From NCBI RefSeq assembly GCF_009914755.1, contig NC_060946.1: a stretch of DNA of 64,000 nt. One strand, 5' to 3'. This document shows positions 1 to 14,800 of this stretch, piece after piece. The DNA comes from the human T2T-CHM13v2.0 reference genome, Homo sapiens. The position numbers were made by a program, and so were the translations under genes. Positions within the stretch are counted from its first letter, which is position 1; each line of letters starts with the position of its first letter. The notes below the pieces were generated by a model that did not search any database, had not been told where the DNA came from, and worked only from the letters and a program-made list of their open reading frames with translations.

Positions 1-189
1 AGGGGATCGGGGCCGGGCCGGGGCCGCGCTGCCTGCGATGCCGGGCGCCCGCCGCAGCCGCTGCCGCCGGAGCCCGGGATGGGGCGAGAGGCTGCGGCGG
101 ACGCCAGCATCTCCCCGCCGGGGACCCCGGGGGCCGCGGAGCCGCCGCCGCCGCTGCTGCCGCCGTTGCTGAGACCCAGCGGGCGATGG
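1..189 (+). other. MGAT3: MGAT3 non-coding exon 1 (5' UTR; may begin upstream of the window)
   Basis: Very CpG-rich sequence ending in the consensus donor TGG|GTGAGT (GT at 190). It pairs with the acceptor at 29966, just before the MGAT3 ATG. Confidence 0.85.
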
Positions 190-790
190 GTGAGTTGACC
201 CCGGCGTCCTGGGGGGCGCCGCGGCCCCTCTATCCCCGCGCTGCCCGCCCTCCCGCGCTGCGCTTGGCGCCCCCCGCCCGGCTCCGCGGCCCACTCCCCG
301 AGCGTGACCTTAGGGGGCGGGCGCGGGCGCACTGGGGCTGGGGGCCCGGAGGCCGCGGTGGGGGCGAGATGCCGGGGAAGCCGCTCGGCGCGGGCCCCCT
401 CCCCCTACCCGCCGCTCCTCCGAGCTCCCCGGTCCCCGGAGGGCAGAGCCTCAGCGCCCGACCCCCTCCCACGGCCGGGCGGGGGACGTCCCCGAGGCGC
501 GGGGCTCGAGCCGTGCTTTGTGCGCGGCACCCCCCAGCCTCCGGCGCGGCTCCCCCACAACCTCCGGCGCGGCGCGGGGCTGGGGTGGGAGGCCTCCGCG
601 CCCGCCTTCCCCACCCCCGACCCCAGACTGCGGCGGCGGCAGCCGAGGCCCAAGCGCAGTCGGGGGCTGGGCGGGTGCGGGGGCTGCGGCCGTAGCTACC
701 CCTGGGGACCAGGCAGAGGCAAATGTGGAGAGGGCCCCCGGCCATTTACCGGGGTGGGGGCCCCCGGCTCCTTGCATTGCTCTGCCCAGG
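1..790. promoter_or_regulatory. CpG island of the MGAT3 promoter/first exon
   Basis: Very high GC with dense CpG and GGGCGG boxes; CpG density drops beyond ~800-950. Confidence 0.85.
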
Positions 791-1666
791 GCGGGGGAGG
801 GAACCTGGCTGAGGGAGGGCGCTATAAATATCTGCAAATAGTGAGTTCTGGAACCGGGAGTGGGGAGGGGAGTGCGCCTGGGTGTGTGTATGGTGGGGTT
901 CCTGAGCTGGGGTGCAGCAGGAAGGGATGCCGCGCGGCCAGACCTAGTGGTCTGAGGTCGGATGACCCCCAGCCCCGGAAGATGCCCCTGAAGGCCCCTG
1001 ATGGGGTGTGGGCAGACACACTACCCCAGTGGGATTCCTCCCTGGTTGCCCACTTCATTCCTGGGACACACCAGTCCAGATTCGCCTTGATGGGGGAGTT
1101 GTGAGCACTGGCGTGTCGTTTGGGGAGGGGGAGCAGTTATGAAAGATCCAGACATGGAGCCCAGCAGAAGGATGGAGGGGAGAGCCCCCACCCCCAGGAG
1201 CTGCAGCTCTGAGGGGGTTTTCAGTCTAAGGAGTGCTAAGGGGAGCCGCTCTGGGTCCTAGGAAGGTTTGAAAGAGGGGTCCCAGCCCAGGAGGAAGAGA
1301 GAGGTTACTGGAAGAGATGACGACAGGAAGCTGCCAGAGATCTCTGGGTAGAGAAAGGTGGGAAGGGCGTTGTGGGCCAAGGGAATGGCATGAGCAAAGG
1401 CTCAGAGGTGTGAGTGTCTGGCGTGTGTTGAGAGGTGGCAGTGGGAACAGTCAGGCACTGTGGGTGCCCCCTGGAAGAAGTGAGATGAAAACGGGGCAGA
1501 GGCTGGGCAGGGAGGCCAGGTGGAGGTGAGGTGGGAGGGCACAGCAGGGAGCTGGCACTTGGTCCTGAGGACGGCAGGGAGCCAAGACCTGGCTGGGGGG
1601 ATGCCGCTGGCTCAGACCCATTCTAAGGGTCTGCCTGGTGCCCTTGGTGTGGTCAGGGCTACTTGA

Positions 1667-2377
<711 letters not shown>

Positions 2378-3139
2378 TCAAATGGGGGAGAATTTTGAAT
2401 GGAATGAGTTGCAGAGAGGGTTGAATGAGAGGATGCACACAGGGTGCCTGGCACCTGAGCAGCACTCAAGAGATCGCTGGCTGCGGTATTATTACCTGGA
2501 AAATGAGGATGCCGATGCCAGCTGGCGGGCCAGGCCAGCTTCACTGGGCAGCGGCCATGAGAATCACGAGAGGGCTGGGCTGGACGTGAACGGCAGAGAG
2601 CTGAGGGTGGGGGAACTGCGTGGTCCTCATGCAATTCTGGGAAGACTACATACGCAGTGAGGAGTGGCCAGAGGCAGGGTGGTCTGCAAAGACAGCCCCT
2701 CTTGGCCTCATGGGCACCCACCCGCCCAGCCAAGTCATTCAGGGTATCCTGCTGTGCTCCCCAAGAGCCAGAGCCCCTTTGCTCCCCAGAGTGCAGTGAT
2801 GCAGCCCCTCATCTTAGCCATCTCCAAGCCCTTCATGTGGGGACCAGGTCTTGGAACACAGTGTCCTCAGGTAGGGGTAATAATTTACTGTGCTGGACAG
2901 AGAGGACATAGGCCTTGCCCTGAGGAGATTAGAATCCATTGGGGAGCAGATACCCCTGGCACCGATGCTCCACCTACCCCTGTGCTGGCTGCTTGGGGGC
3001 AAGGAAAGAGTCACTAAAAGTAGGGATTCCAGATCTAGTGGCCCGGTTCAAATCCCGGCCCTGCCTCTCTCACTGTGTGACTGTGGGCTGGTGACTCTGC
3101 ATCTCTGTGCCTCAGTTTTCTTGTGTCTAAAATGGCGCT

Positions 3140-3447
3140 GAGGCGAGGCGTGGTGGCCCATGCCTGTAATCCCAACAGTTTGGGAGGCCGAGGTGGGTGG
3201 ATCACCTGAGGTCAGGAGTTCAAGACCAGCCTGGCCAACATGGTGAAACCCCATCTGTACTAAAAATACAAAAATTAGCTGGGCATGGTGGCAGGCACCT
3301 ATAATTCCAGCTACTTGGGAGGCTGAGGCGAGAGAATCGCTTGAACCTGGAGGCAGAGGCTACAGTGAGTTGAGATTGCGCCACTGCACTCCAGCCTGGG
3401 CAACAGAGTGAGACTCCATCTCAAAAATAAATAGATAAATAAATAAA
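3140..3447 (+). mobile_element. Alu (S-like)
   Basis: Alu consensus with an A-rich tail. Confidence 0.9.
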
Positions 3448-4530
3448 ATGGGGGTGGGGTGCACTGTTACTATTTGAACAGCTTGGCATAGTTTCCAGTG
3501 GCCATTTACTGCTCCCTTCCAGAACGAGTCTCCCGATTCACCCCTGCCTCCTTGGAGACTACACCACCTGCCCTTCGAGATGTGTTGTTTACGTGTCCCT
3601 GATGTCTTCCTTTTCTGACTGAGTCCCCCTGCCCAGGGACCTGCCTTTCCAGATCCATTGCTCCAACCGGGGGCAATAGTAGGCTGGCAACTGGCTCTCT
3701 GGGAAACAAACCCCTGATGAGTTGGCCGATCGCTGTGCTGTAAATCCTCCCCATATGGCTGATTTTAAGCCACCCATGGCCTAACAAGAGTGTCATAATG
3801 GGAGCTGGTACGTGCCAGCTTTAGTCCCCAGGCATTCAGCGGGTGCTTAATAGATGATGGTTGAATGAGGAGGAAAGGATGCAGAGAGTGTTGGTCAGCT
3901 AGATTTGGGAGCTGCGGGCGATACTGTAGGTGAGAAGGGCTTTCAGGGGGAGGCATGGGAGGGCTGGAGGTGAGGGGCCACCCTGCACCAGCCCTGGGGT
4001 GAGGCTTGAGGGAACGGAGAGCTTCTGGTGTCCTCCCCGTCCTGAGACCCTTTGCACCCCTGACCCTGACGCACACTTGCACTAACCCCTCCTTCGAGGG
4101 GCTCCTCTCCACCTTGGCCTGGCCTTGGGGTTCTGCACAGAATGGGCCCCAAGCTTAAGCCAATGAGAGCTCAGAGATGTGGCCCAAGCAGGTCCCAAAC
4201 CTCATGTTCCATTCCCTTGCTGTGCTGTTCCCTCGACTTGAATTCCTCTTCCATTCACTGTCCCCTGTAACTCTGTTGTCCATCAAAAGCTTCCTCATGA
4301 CCCCCTTCCTCTGTGACACCAGCCCCACAACCCAAGTCAGACAGACCCATCTCCCCTTCTGCTCTTCCCCCGATGCTACAGCCCCTCCCATGTACACGTT
4401 CCTGCCTATAAAAATATCAATAGCCAGCATGTGTTGTGTTCCTATGGCAGCCAGTGACAGAGGTTCCAGGATAGTCCCCTCTACAGATGGGGAAATTGAG
4501 GTGCAGTCTCTTGTTCACACTGACCCACTC

Positions 4531-4824
4531 TTTTTTTTTTTTCTTTTGAGAAGAGTCTCACTCTGTCACCAGGCTGGAGTGCAGTGGCATGATCTCGGCT
4601 CACTGCAACCTCTGACTCCCTGGTTCAAGTGATTCTCCTCCCTCAGCCTCCCGAGCAGCTGGGAGTATAGGCACGTGCCACCATGCCCAGCTAATTTTTG
4701 TATTTTTAGTAGAGATGGGGTTTCACCATGTGGGCCAGATGTTCTCAAGCTCCTGACCTTGTGATCCGCCTGCCTCGGCCTCCCAAAGTGCTGGGATTAC
4801 AGGCCTGAGCCACCACGCCCAGCC
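4531..4824 (-). mobile_element. Alu with target-site duplication CACTGACCCACTCT
   Basis: Reverse-complement Alu with the same 14-mer on both sides. Confidence 0.9.
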
Positions 4825-6279
4825 TGCACTGACCCACTCTTTACATCTTAGCTGCAGCATCTCTGGCTCAGGGAAGCCCACATGCTTCCTGGTGTTCTTG
4901 CTGTCAGCTCCCAGAGTATCACGCCGGTGTCTTTGGCGTGTTTGTTACGTGTTCCTGATATACTTTCAGCGACACAGGTACTGAGGAGGCCCTCAGTTAA
5001 ATGTGCAGATGGATGGATGAATGGATGAATGAATGAAAGAATGAATGAATGAGTGAATGAATAATTCTCAGCCCAGGTGAGCAGCCTTGCTGTCCTGCTT
5101 ATTACTCCTTCTCCATCCCTGATGGAAGGGACTGACCCTCCAGAGGGCAGCCTCACACTACAGAGGGAGGGTACAGGGACCTGCTTGGGAGGGGCTATTG
5201 TCCCCACCGCCAGGAAGGGGACAGTGAGGCTTCGGGAAGGGGCGGAGCTGCCCATGGGCTGGAAGCAGGCCAGGAACCCCCTCTCACAGCAGGGAGCTGA
5301 CAAGGGGACCCACGGCCTTGCCCATAAGTCAGGAAGTTAACCGACTTGTCACGTACTTCTCCTTGGGCTGCCTGAAGTGGAATTCCCCCTTTTGGCTCAC
5401 TTATTTTCATCTTTTCTATAAAAATAAAATTGAAACAATGGAAATCATTCACACACCTAATTACCGTATTGTTTATGAACTTATTTGGCTCAAAACTTTG
5501 GTTCTTACCGAAGTGGGAATCCCTTGAGAGGGGTGGGTGAGGGCCAGGCCAGGGAGACAGACCTGTGCACGTGCCAGGACCTCAGAGCCTGCTCTCCGGC
5601 TGCCCTCTCTGGGCAGGCCAGGAACTTCCCAGAAGGAACAGCCCAGAGACAGGGTTCTAAGTGAGGGAGGCCGGCCCGAGTGGGTTCTGGGACTCTGGCT
5701 GGCAGGCCTGGTGGTGGATGGCTCCCATGGTTGTCCTCCCCACCTTGGCCTCCGGGTCATCATAATTTGCTGCTCTTTATCAAGCACTTACTATGTGCTG
5801 GGCCCAGGGCCAACCAACCACTTTCTATGCATTCTCCCAGAGATGTCTCTAACTTGCTGAGAGGCAAGCACTATTATCATCCCTGTTTGGCACTTTGAGG
5901 GTACCCAGAGTTGGGGGTCCACAGCTGGGAAGTGGCAGGGCTGGGATTGTGTCCAGCCTATAGGACCCTCAGAGAGCAGCCTCCCTCGGTCACCCAGACC
6001 TGTTCCTTCTCTCCCGTGGGCTCCCAGCAGGGCCTGTTCCCTGAGGCTTGGAGCCCTGAGACAGCCATCACTTAGCCTCTTGGCCTCCAGGCTTCCCCTT
6101 CAAGGCCCTCCTTCTGCCACTGTCCTGGGCCCTGTCTCTGGAACGCCTGCTCAATGTCACCTGGGCGGCCTGCGTAAAGTACCTGTTTGCCAGACCCTAG
6201 CCAGCCCTGCTGAGTGAGCATCTCACAACGGGAGGGCTGGAAGCCCACAGTTTAAAAAATACTGACTTGGACTCCCAAA

Positions 6280-6562
6280 GTAATCCTAGTACTTTGGGAG
6301 GCTGAGGCAGGAGGATTCATTGAGTCCAGGAGTCCGAGACCAGCCTGGGCAACATAGTGGGACCCTGTCTCTACAAAAAATTAAAAAAAAAATTAGGCAG
6401 GTATGGTGGCAAACGCCTATAGCCTCATCTACTTGGAAGGTTGAGGGGGAAGATCACTTGAGCCCAGGAGGTCAAGGCTGCAGTGAGCTGAGATCGCACC
6501 ACCACTCTCCAGCCTGAGCGACAGAGCAAGACCATATCTCAAAAATTAAAAAAAAATAAAAA
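6280..6562 (+). mobile_element. Alu (J-like, 5' truncated)
   Basis: Alu consensus with an A tail. Confidence 0.85.
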
Positions 6563-7045
6563 ATGCTGCCCTGAGGATACAGAGGCCTGTGCATTCCAAG
6601 AGCCAGTTCACAGCTCCCTGGCATCTGTAGTGGCTACTAGATTTCCCAATCCCCAACCCTTGTAACCCAGATCCTGTGACCGAGCCCCCGCCTGTGTTCG
6701 TAGCCTGGGCCCCACCAGCTCTTCATACACCGCGCTCACCCCTGCCCCACTGCCCCCGCCATGCTGTCATCCTAGCACTTGCTGCCTCTGCCTCTTCCTG
6801 GAAGCAAGTCCCAGGCAGGGCATGATGCCCAGAGCTTGCCTAATGCACTGGGCAAATCTCTCGTGGTGAGTCCTCATCTTGCTACCTGGGGCCTGGCACA
6901 TGGTTGTGGCAAATTGTGGTGGGTGAGTGATGGTGGCTGCCACAGGAGAGGGGCACAGGGAGAGCTGCAGGTGACTGGGGATGGGTTGGGCCCCCGGGCT
7001 GGCACCGGGCATGCACTAGGGCCTGGCTCTGTGCCTGGCACGTAG

Positions 7046-7680
<635 letters not shown>

Positions 7681-8247
7681 TCTGTCAGGCTTTATCTTTC
7701 TCCACTCCAGGACCAGAGCTCAGTCCTGAGCCCGGAGCACTTTGCTCTCCCCAGCTCCTGCTCATCTACGCTGGCCTCTGACCTGGTTCCTGCTGAGAAA
7801 TGCTCTGAACTGGGGGCAGGGGAAGAGGGAGGGGTGCAGTCCCACACGGGCCTGGTGTCTCCTCCTTCACACCACACAGGGGATCCTCAGCTCTCTGAGG
7901 CACTCTGGGTAAGTTTCCCAGGGCCCCAGACGTTAAGGTTCCCTCTGCAAAAATGGGTGGGTTCAGCTGGCCACGTGGCCTCTCTGGGCTGATACCCTGG
8001 GCTCAGCTACACCCCTTGGAAGGTTTTCCCTTGGGATATGGGCACAAGTGAAAAACAGAGCCATACCCTCCAACTCACTGTGGGCATTCAGTGAAACCAT
8101 GTGTGTAAGACGCTTTGTTAATTGTAGAACGCTGCACAAACTCATCAGGTCCCTCACCCGTCAGGCAGGCTCTACTGCAGACACTAGACACGATCGAACC
8201 ACTTCCCCTGCTTAGCACTCAATTTCCATATAGTGAAATGAGGTTTA

Positions 8248-8694
<447 letters not shown>

Positions 8695-10261
8695 TCAGAA
8701 GCCAGCCAGGCCCAGGGGTGGCAGGATGGTGGGGACACTGCCCTGCTTCTTTCTCTGTGCTTTCCTGATGTTCTAGAATGGATGAGAAACCTTTAAACCA
8801 GAAAAATGCAGTTGTATTCTAACAGCGGGAAGAAAAGGAGCCCCGGAGACAGCCGGCTCCTGCTTGGTCTGATTCTGGGGCCACCGCTTGCGGGCAGTGA
8901 CCGGCTGTGGGGTCTCACCGTGGGGCTTGCCTAGCACCAGGCACTTCTACCAGAGCAAGTGGATCTGCGGCAGGAGGCCTGTGTTGCTCTAATTCCTGGA
9001 AATTGGGTCATGGGAGCCCAGGCCTGGAGCTCCTGGAATGCAGTGCTCTGAGAATTTTGTCCAAACACCTCTGACCTCCTTCCTCCGGGGCTGGTCCAGC
9101 CTCTTTCTTCCCCCGCGTCCCCCATGCTCCAGCCTCTTGGGCAATTGTCATACTCCGTATGTGAGCCTCACCTTCCTACTTCCCGGCCTTTGCTGATACT
9201 GGTCCCCTGCCCTCCTGAAGAGCCTGCCCCTTCCAGCCCAGCTGCTGCCAGAGCCCCCTCTCCTTAGGAAGCCCCTCCTGCCCCTCCCAGACAGAGGTGC
9301 CCGCAGGGCAGGAGCCAGGGCTGCTTGTTTCACCTCCATGCTGAAGCCCAGCGGGCGTGGTCATCCCTGTTGGCTGATGTTGTTACTGACCCCGGCCTCT
9401 AAGTGCTTTTCCCACTATCCTCCTACACACGGGTCAAGTTCTGCCTAGTGGTAGCGTTATTTGTCATTGCATCTGAGCCTTGATCCTGGGTGGGGTCAGT
9501 TTCTGTTTCTCTCCCAGCTTCTGACTCTGTACCCAGTACACTTTGTGCCCGGTACAGAGCACTCATCTGTCCATCCGTTCTTTCAGCAATTACTCCCTAA
9601 GTGCCTATTGTGCGCCGGTGACTGAGCTAGGTGGCAGGGGCACAGCTCTGCTGACATCAGGGTGGGCGGCTTGCAGTTTGCTTGCATGTGTTTTGTGCAT
9701 GCTACATGTGTATGCACACAGCATGAACATCTCCATCACATATAAACTAGCGTCTCTTAGGCTGCGCAGTCCTCTAGGCACCTTGTGCATTCCTGGTTAA
9801 TTCAGCGAGTGTTGACAGAGTGCCCACCAAGCAGGTGCCAGGCCCTGACATGAAGTCTTTGCCCTTGTGAAGCACCTGTCTTGTGGAGCCATTGCAGTGA
9901 GAGCTGGTGCAGAGGGTGAAGGGCAGGGGGTTGGGGCAGCATCCTGGAGAGATGGGAAAGGGGTGGGGAAGGGAATTTCTGCCTGGCTGGGGTGTGCTTT
10001 GGGATCCCCTCTGCGGCCCTGGGGGCATCCCAGGCCTAGGAAAGCTGGACTGGGCCTTCTCGCTTTGGGAGTGCAGGCAGCCCCATCTCTTTGGTTCCGC
10101 TGCTCTCAAGAGCCCCAAAGAGTGATGAGGCTAAGAAGGTAGGAGTGGGCAGGAGCCCTGCTGCTGGGCACCGCGAAGAGAATACGAAGTACAGTGTCCC
10201 AAAGAGGAGACACATGGACACGACACGGGACCTGTGATGGAGAGCTAGCTTGCTTGCTTCC

Positions 10262-10455
10262 TTCTTTTTTCTTTTCTTTTCTTTTCGTTTCGTTTCGTTT
10301 TGTTTCATTTCGTTTCTTTTCTTTCAGACAGAGTCTGGATCTGTTTCGTTTTGTTTCGTTTCGTTTCGTTTCTTTCAGATGGAGTCTGGATCTGTCGCCC
10401 AGGCTAGAGTGCAATGGCAATCTCGGCTCAGTCTCAAAAAAAAAAAAAAAAAAAA
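10262..10455. repeat. (TTTCG)n-rich Alu tail with fused inverted Alu 3' fragments
   Basis: TTTCG/TTTTC units, then a minus-strand Alu 3' end joined to GTCTC(A)20. Confidence 0.75.
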
Positions 10456-11698
10456 GAGGTAGAACCTTCAGATGCAGACAGAGAACCTAGAATCTGAAAC
10501 TTAGAGGAGGAAACCTGGAGCAGCAAAGCTAGAATGTGGGTCTTCCAGAACATGGAGCTCGGAGGCCGCCACCCTCACCTTGATGAGCAGCAGTGGGCAC
10601 ATTGGCAGCTCTGCTGAGCTGGGCTGGGATGAGGACCCCCTCATAGCCTCCTAGGTTCCTGACCCTGGGCACATCCCCTCTCCAAGCAGAGGTGGACAGA
10701 GAGTAATTGGGAGAGGAAAAGAGACAGGGTGCCTTGTTCCAGCTGAGGGCGGGCTCCCTGGGTGCCCAGAGCCCCAGCCAGCTGTGTGCTTGCTCTGTCA
10801 GGACCACCCCCAGCAGGAAGCTAACTGATGCTCAGGTTCCCAGATCCCAGGGGCAACGCTGCCACCCTCCTGCCCAGGAGCTGCAGGCTGCAGGCAGGTG
10901 TGGCCTTGTCACCTCCCCAGGTCCCCACGGTGGCAGAGCCACATTCAAGCCCATTCCCTCACTCAGCAGCGCACCTGCAGCACCAGGGCATGAGGCAGTG
11001 AACACACAGCCGTGAGCTGTGGTTCAGACGCTGGCAGGGAGGATCCTAACTACTGAGCCGCTCTTCCTTTCCCACCGTCTTCCCATAGCTCCTCCTGGCC
11101 ATGAAGGCTCCAGTCATTTCCTGTATCTCCCCTCTGCCACCGCTATCCCATTGGAAGGGGCCCTTAGGATTCACGTAGCTAAGCTGCCTCATTGGGGTGT
11201 GACAAGCCCAAGTTGGCAAAGCAGGCAGGACTAGGACCATGGGCCACTTGTGTGAGCCCCAGACAGGCCTGAGAGCCCTGCAGCATTGACTGGAAGGTGC
11301 GGGTGTGTGGATTTGGCGTGGTCATTTATTCATTCAACAAACTCAGGGTGAGCACCTTTTTTGTGTGGGGCTCAGTGCTTGAGGCTGGGGACCCAGGGGC
11401 ATCAGACAGCACAGCCCTTGTGTGGGACAAGGGGTTCTGGGGAGTAGGCTGGGGTCAGGGAGGCCTGGAGAAGTGCAGCTCAGCCGAATCCTCCAGGAAC
11501 AGGCACGGAGATTGAAGGGTGAGATTACACAGAAACTTCTGTGCCTCCTTGAGGGACTTGGACTTTCTCCTGAGGGCAGCGGTTCCAAGCTGGGAGGGGC
11601 AGCATCAGATGTGGCTTTCGCTTGGCTCATGGGGGCCGGGTTGGGGGCCCATTGAGGAAGCTGCTGCCATTCCGGTGAGCGGTAGGCTTGGGGTTGGG

Positions 11699-11854
11699 AG
11701 ATTTGGGAAGTGCGGGCAGTGGGACTGACTGCCTTGGTGGTGTGGGGAGGGGCCCAGAAGGGGGCAGGTGGGTGGGGAGGGGCCCAGATTTGGGAAGTGC
11801 GGGCAGTGGGACGGACAAGCCTTGGTGATGGGTGGGGAGGGGCCCAGAAGGGGG
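11699..11854. repeat. G-rich direct duplication (~65-70 bp, 2 copies)
   Basis: AGATTTGGGAAGTGCGGGCAGTGGGAC...GTGGGGAGGGGCCCAGAAGGGG occurs twice. Confidence 0.8.
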
Positions 11855-14800
11855 AGTGTTGGGAACGTCATCGGAGCGTCAGTCCCTTGGTGCCAGGCTT
11901 GAGTCACAGGTTACTAGCTCAGGTTGTTGGGACAGCGATTTGAGTTTCACCTCGTTTGCCACAGAGGGTCTCAGGCCAGAAAGCCAGGCCTGGTGTGACC
12001 CAAAGCCCATGCCCACTGCCCTCCTTGCTGCCCAGCCCAGATCATTCCTGCCAGGTCTGCACCTCGCTGTCCCTCACTCCGTCTGGCACTGGGCCACCTG
12101 AGCATGCAAGTGTGCCCACCACCTGCTGCCCTGTACACATGGGTAGGTGCCGGGGGAACAGCATCCGCTCCCCACTGCCTAGGACTCTTGGACCAGACCT
12201 CCACCTGCCACCTGGTGCATGAGAGCCTCTGCCAGCCAACAACCCCTCCACTGCCACCCGGGGCACAATGCCTGGGACAAAGTCCCCAATGCTAGAGAAG
12301 ACCCCAAAGGATGGGGAAGGGCGGGGAGCACCCTCCCTTCCATTTCCCCGTACCCCCGCTCCGCTCAGCCCGCCAGGCTGGAGATAGAGCTGAGGCTGTG
12401 TACTGAAGTGGCCCTTTGTACGTTGTCACCAGAGGATGGCGAGCCTGGGCGGGAGGGGCTGGCACTGCCGGGGCTGCAGGGCAGGGCGGCGCTGAACTCA
12501 GCAGAGCAGGGGCTTTCTCTGGGGCCACAGGGCAGGGGAGGAGCGCCTGTCAGGTGTGGGAACTTGCAGGCTGGGCCTGCACCCCCAAACCGGAGGATAT
12601 TTGTCCCTCCAAGTCTGTTGCTGCTTCTCATCTGGGCTCCTGTGTCTTTGGACTGTTCCATGTCATCCAGCAGCTGTCCCTGCAGTGCATGCTCCAGGGC
12701 TGACTTTGTCCTGGGGGGTGGGGAACAGTGGCGACCGAGGCCTGTGGTGACCCTGCTCTCCTGTGGCCTCGCCAGCAGGGTGAGGGCGGGGCAGACGTAA
12801 ACAACAAAGTGGGATCGCCTCTGCAGGGATGAGCGCTGGGGGGACAGCCTGGAGAGAGGGCTTGCGGGCGGGGGCAGCACTTCAGCCAGCTGCTCAGGGG
12901 CCCCTGTCTGACGAGTGGCATCAGAGCATGCAGGGACCTGAGGAAGGGCGTTCCAGGCGGAGGGATCAGCCAGTGCGAGGACCCTGGAATGGGGCCATGC
13001 CTGAAGAGTGTAGGAGACAGGAAGGTGGGGAGTGTGGCTGGAGCCTGGGGGACAAGGGAGGCAAGGTCAGCAGAAACGCAGGCATCAGATGGCCAGGGTC
13101 CATGGCACGCAGAGGAGTTGGGGTTTTAATTCTTAGTGTGACAGGGCCATGGGAGGGCTTGAGCAGGGAGATGTGGCCTGATGGGGAATTTGCGGTGACT
13201 CTGGCTGCTGCAGAGGCAGGAGGGAAGCTAGTGAGGACCTCGGGGTGGCAGAGGAGGCAGAGAGAGGTCCATCCTGGGAGCATTTGGGGGAACGGGGCCT
13301 GCAGGCTTTCCTGCCCCTCTGCCGGGCATGTGGTGAGGCCGCACCCAGCTCAGAGGACTGGCCTGTGTCAAGACTCTGGATGTTATCCGTTTTAATCCCC
13401 TCGGGGTTGGGATGGCCTCACATTGCTGATAGAGGCACCGAGGCCCAGGGTATTCAGTGACCTGCCCAAGATCACGGAGGAGGGTTTGGAAAGGGCAGGA
13501 TTTGAATCCAGCCCCTTTTGAGTCTAGACTCCAGAGAGCTATGGCCCCAAAGCAGCCCTCGCCCCACGCTGACTCCTGAGAGATTGGGGGTGGGCACCCA
13601 GGACAGCCCAGGGTCCAGGAGAGCCCTCTCACAGAGGCAGAAGCACTCAGCCCAGCCCCCTCCTGCCCGGCTTTTCCTGGGCCTCCTTTGTTATCTGACG
13701 ATGGCCACCCCCACTCAGACCAAAGGCTCTGGCTGCCCCTCTGCCTGGGAGGCACCACATCTCTGGGAGCCCTGGGGGTGGGGGCAGGGGCATTCTGACC
13801 TTGGAAGCCAGGGCAGGGCAGAGCTGGCTCCTTCCCTTCTCTTGTCCAGATGGTCTGGGGCAGTTTGTTCGGGCCTGTAAGGCTGAGTGGGCTGGGAGGT
13901 GGGTAGGGAGCTGAAAGCCCGAAGTATGGGGGTCTCGAGGATTTATCCCATTGGCCTCAGTGGGTCCCGTAAGCACGGAAGCTCTTAAGCCTTTGCGGAG
14001 GGGCTGGCAACAGGGGCCTATTGATGAATTAGAAGAAGCTGTGTTCCTTCCTTCCTCTAACCTGAAGCTTTGTTAATAATTAATCATCTGCCCAATTAAT
14101 AATTACAGGCTTGAGCAGCCCCTTCCCACTGCCCTCACCCCACTCCAACCTCCTCTCCGTTCCTCCTTCCTTCGCCCTCCCAGCCCCCACTCCTACCCCC
14201 GCCCTTCCGGCCATCAGTCCTTGCCGGCCTTCCTCTGCAGAGATGGCAAGGCCCTGTGCCCTTGGGAGTCCCCCTGTCCCCCACACCACACAGGGCATCG
14301 GTTCTATTCTTCCCATGAGGGCCTTTCGGCAGCCCTCCAGGGCAGGTGCCACACAATCTGACACACAGAGACACGAGGCACAGGGGCAGAGGGGCAGAGC
14401 GACACGGTACTCATTCACTCATTCTTTCACTGGATGCTATTGCACTGTTCTCTGTGGTCAGCCACCACCCTGAGCAAGACAAGCAAACAGGAAATTCCTC
14501 TCCAGGCTTAGGGGATAGCGTGGGGGAACTCCTGAGCAGGCTGGGCTGAGGGCAGCCCCCCAGGGAAGGCAAGGGCTAGGAAGAGGGAGGAGTCCCTAGA
14601 GGGCGAGGTATTGGAGGGTGGGGCTTTTTGTATAAAGCTCCCCGGCAGCAGGAATGCTCAAAGCTCTGGGCTCAGCCTCCTTCCAGGGTAGGGTGTGATT
14701 TCTGTCTTCACCCTCAAGAGGGGTGTTCTGCACACTGAGGAATGAATGCCTTGCTAAGGGTGGACCCTTGGGCTTGGAGCCAGCAGTACAATAGCTGTCT

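Noticed and set aside
186-1104. Long Pro/Gly/Arg-rich ORFs in the CpG islands (also 44650-45442 and 63058-63956)
   Set aside because: Stop-codon scarcity in GC-rich DNA; they run through splice donors.
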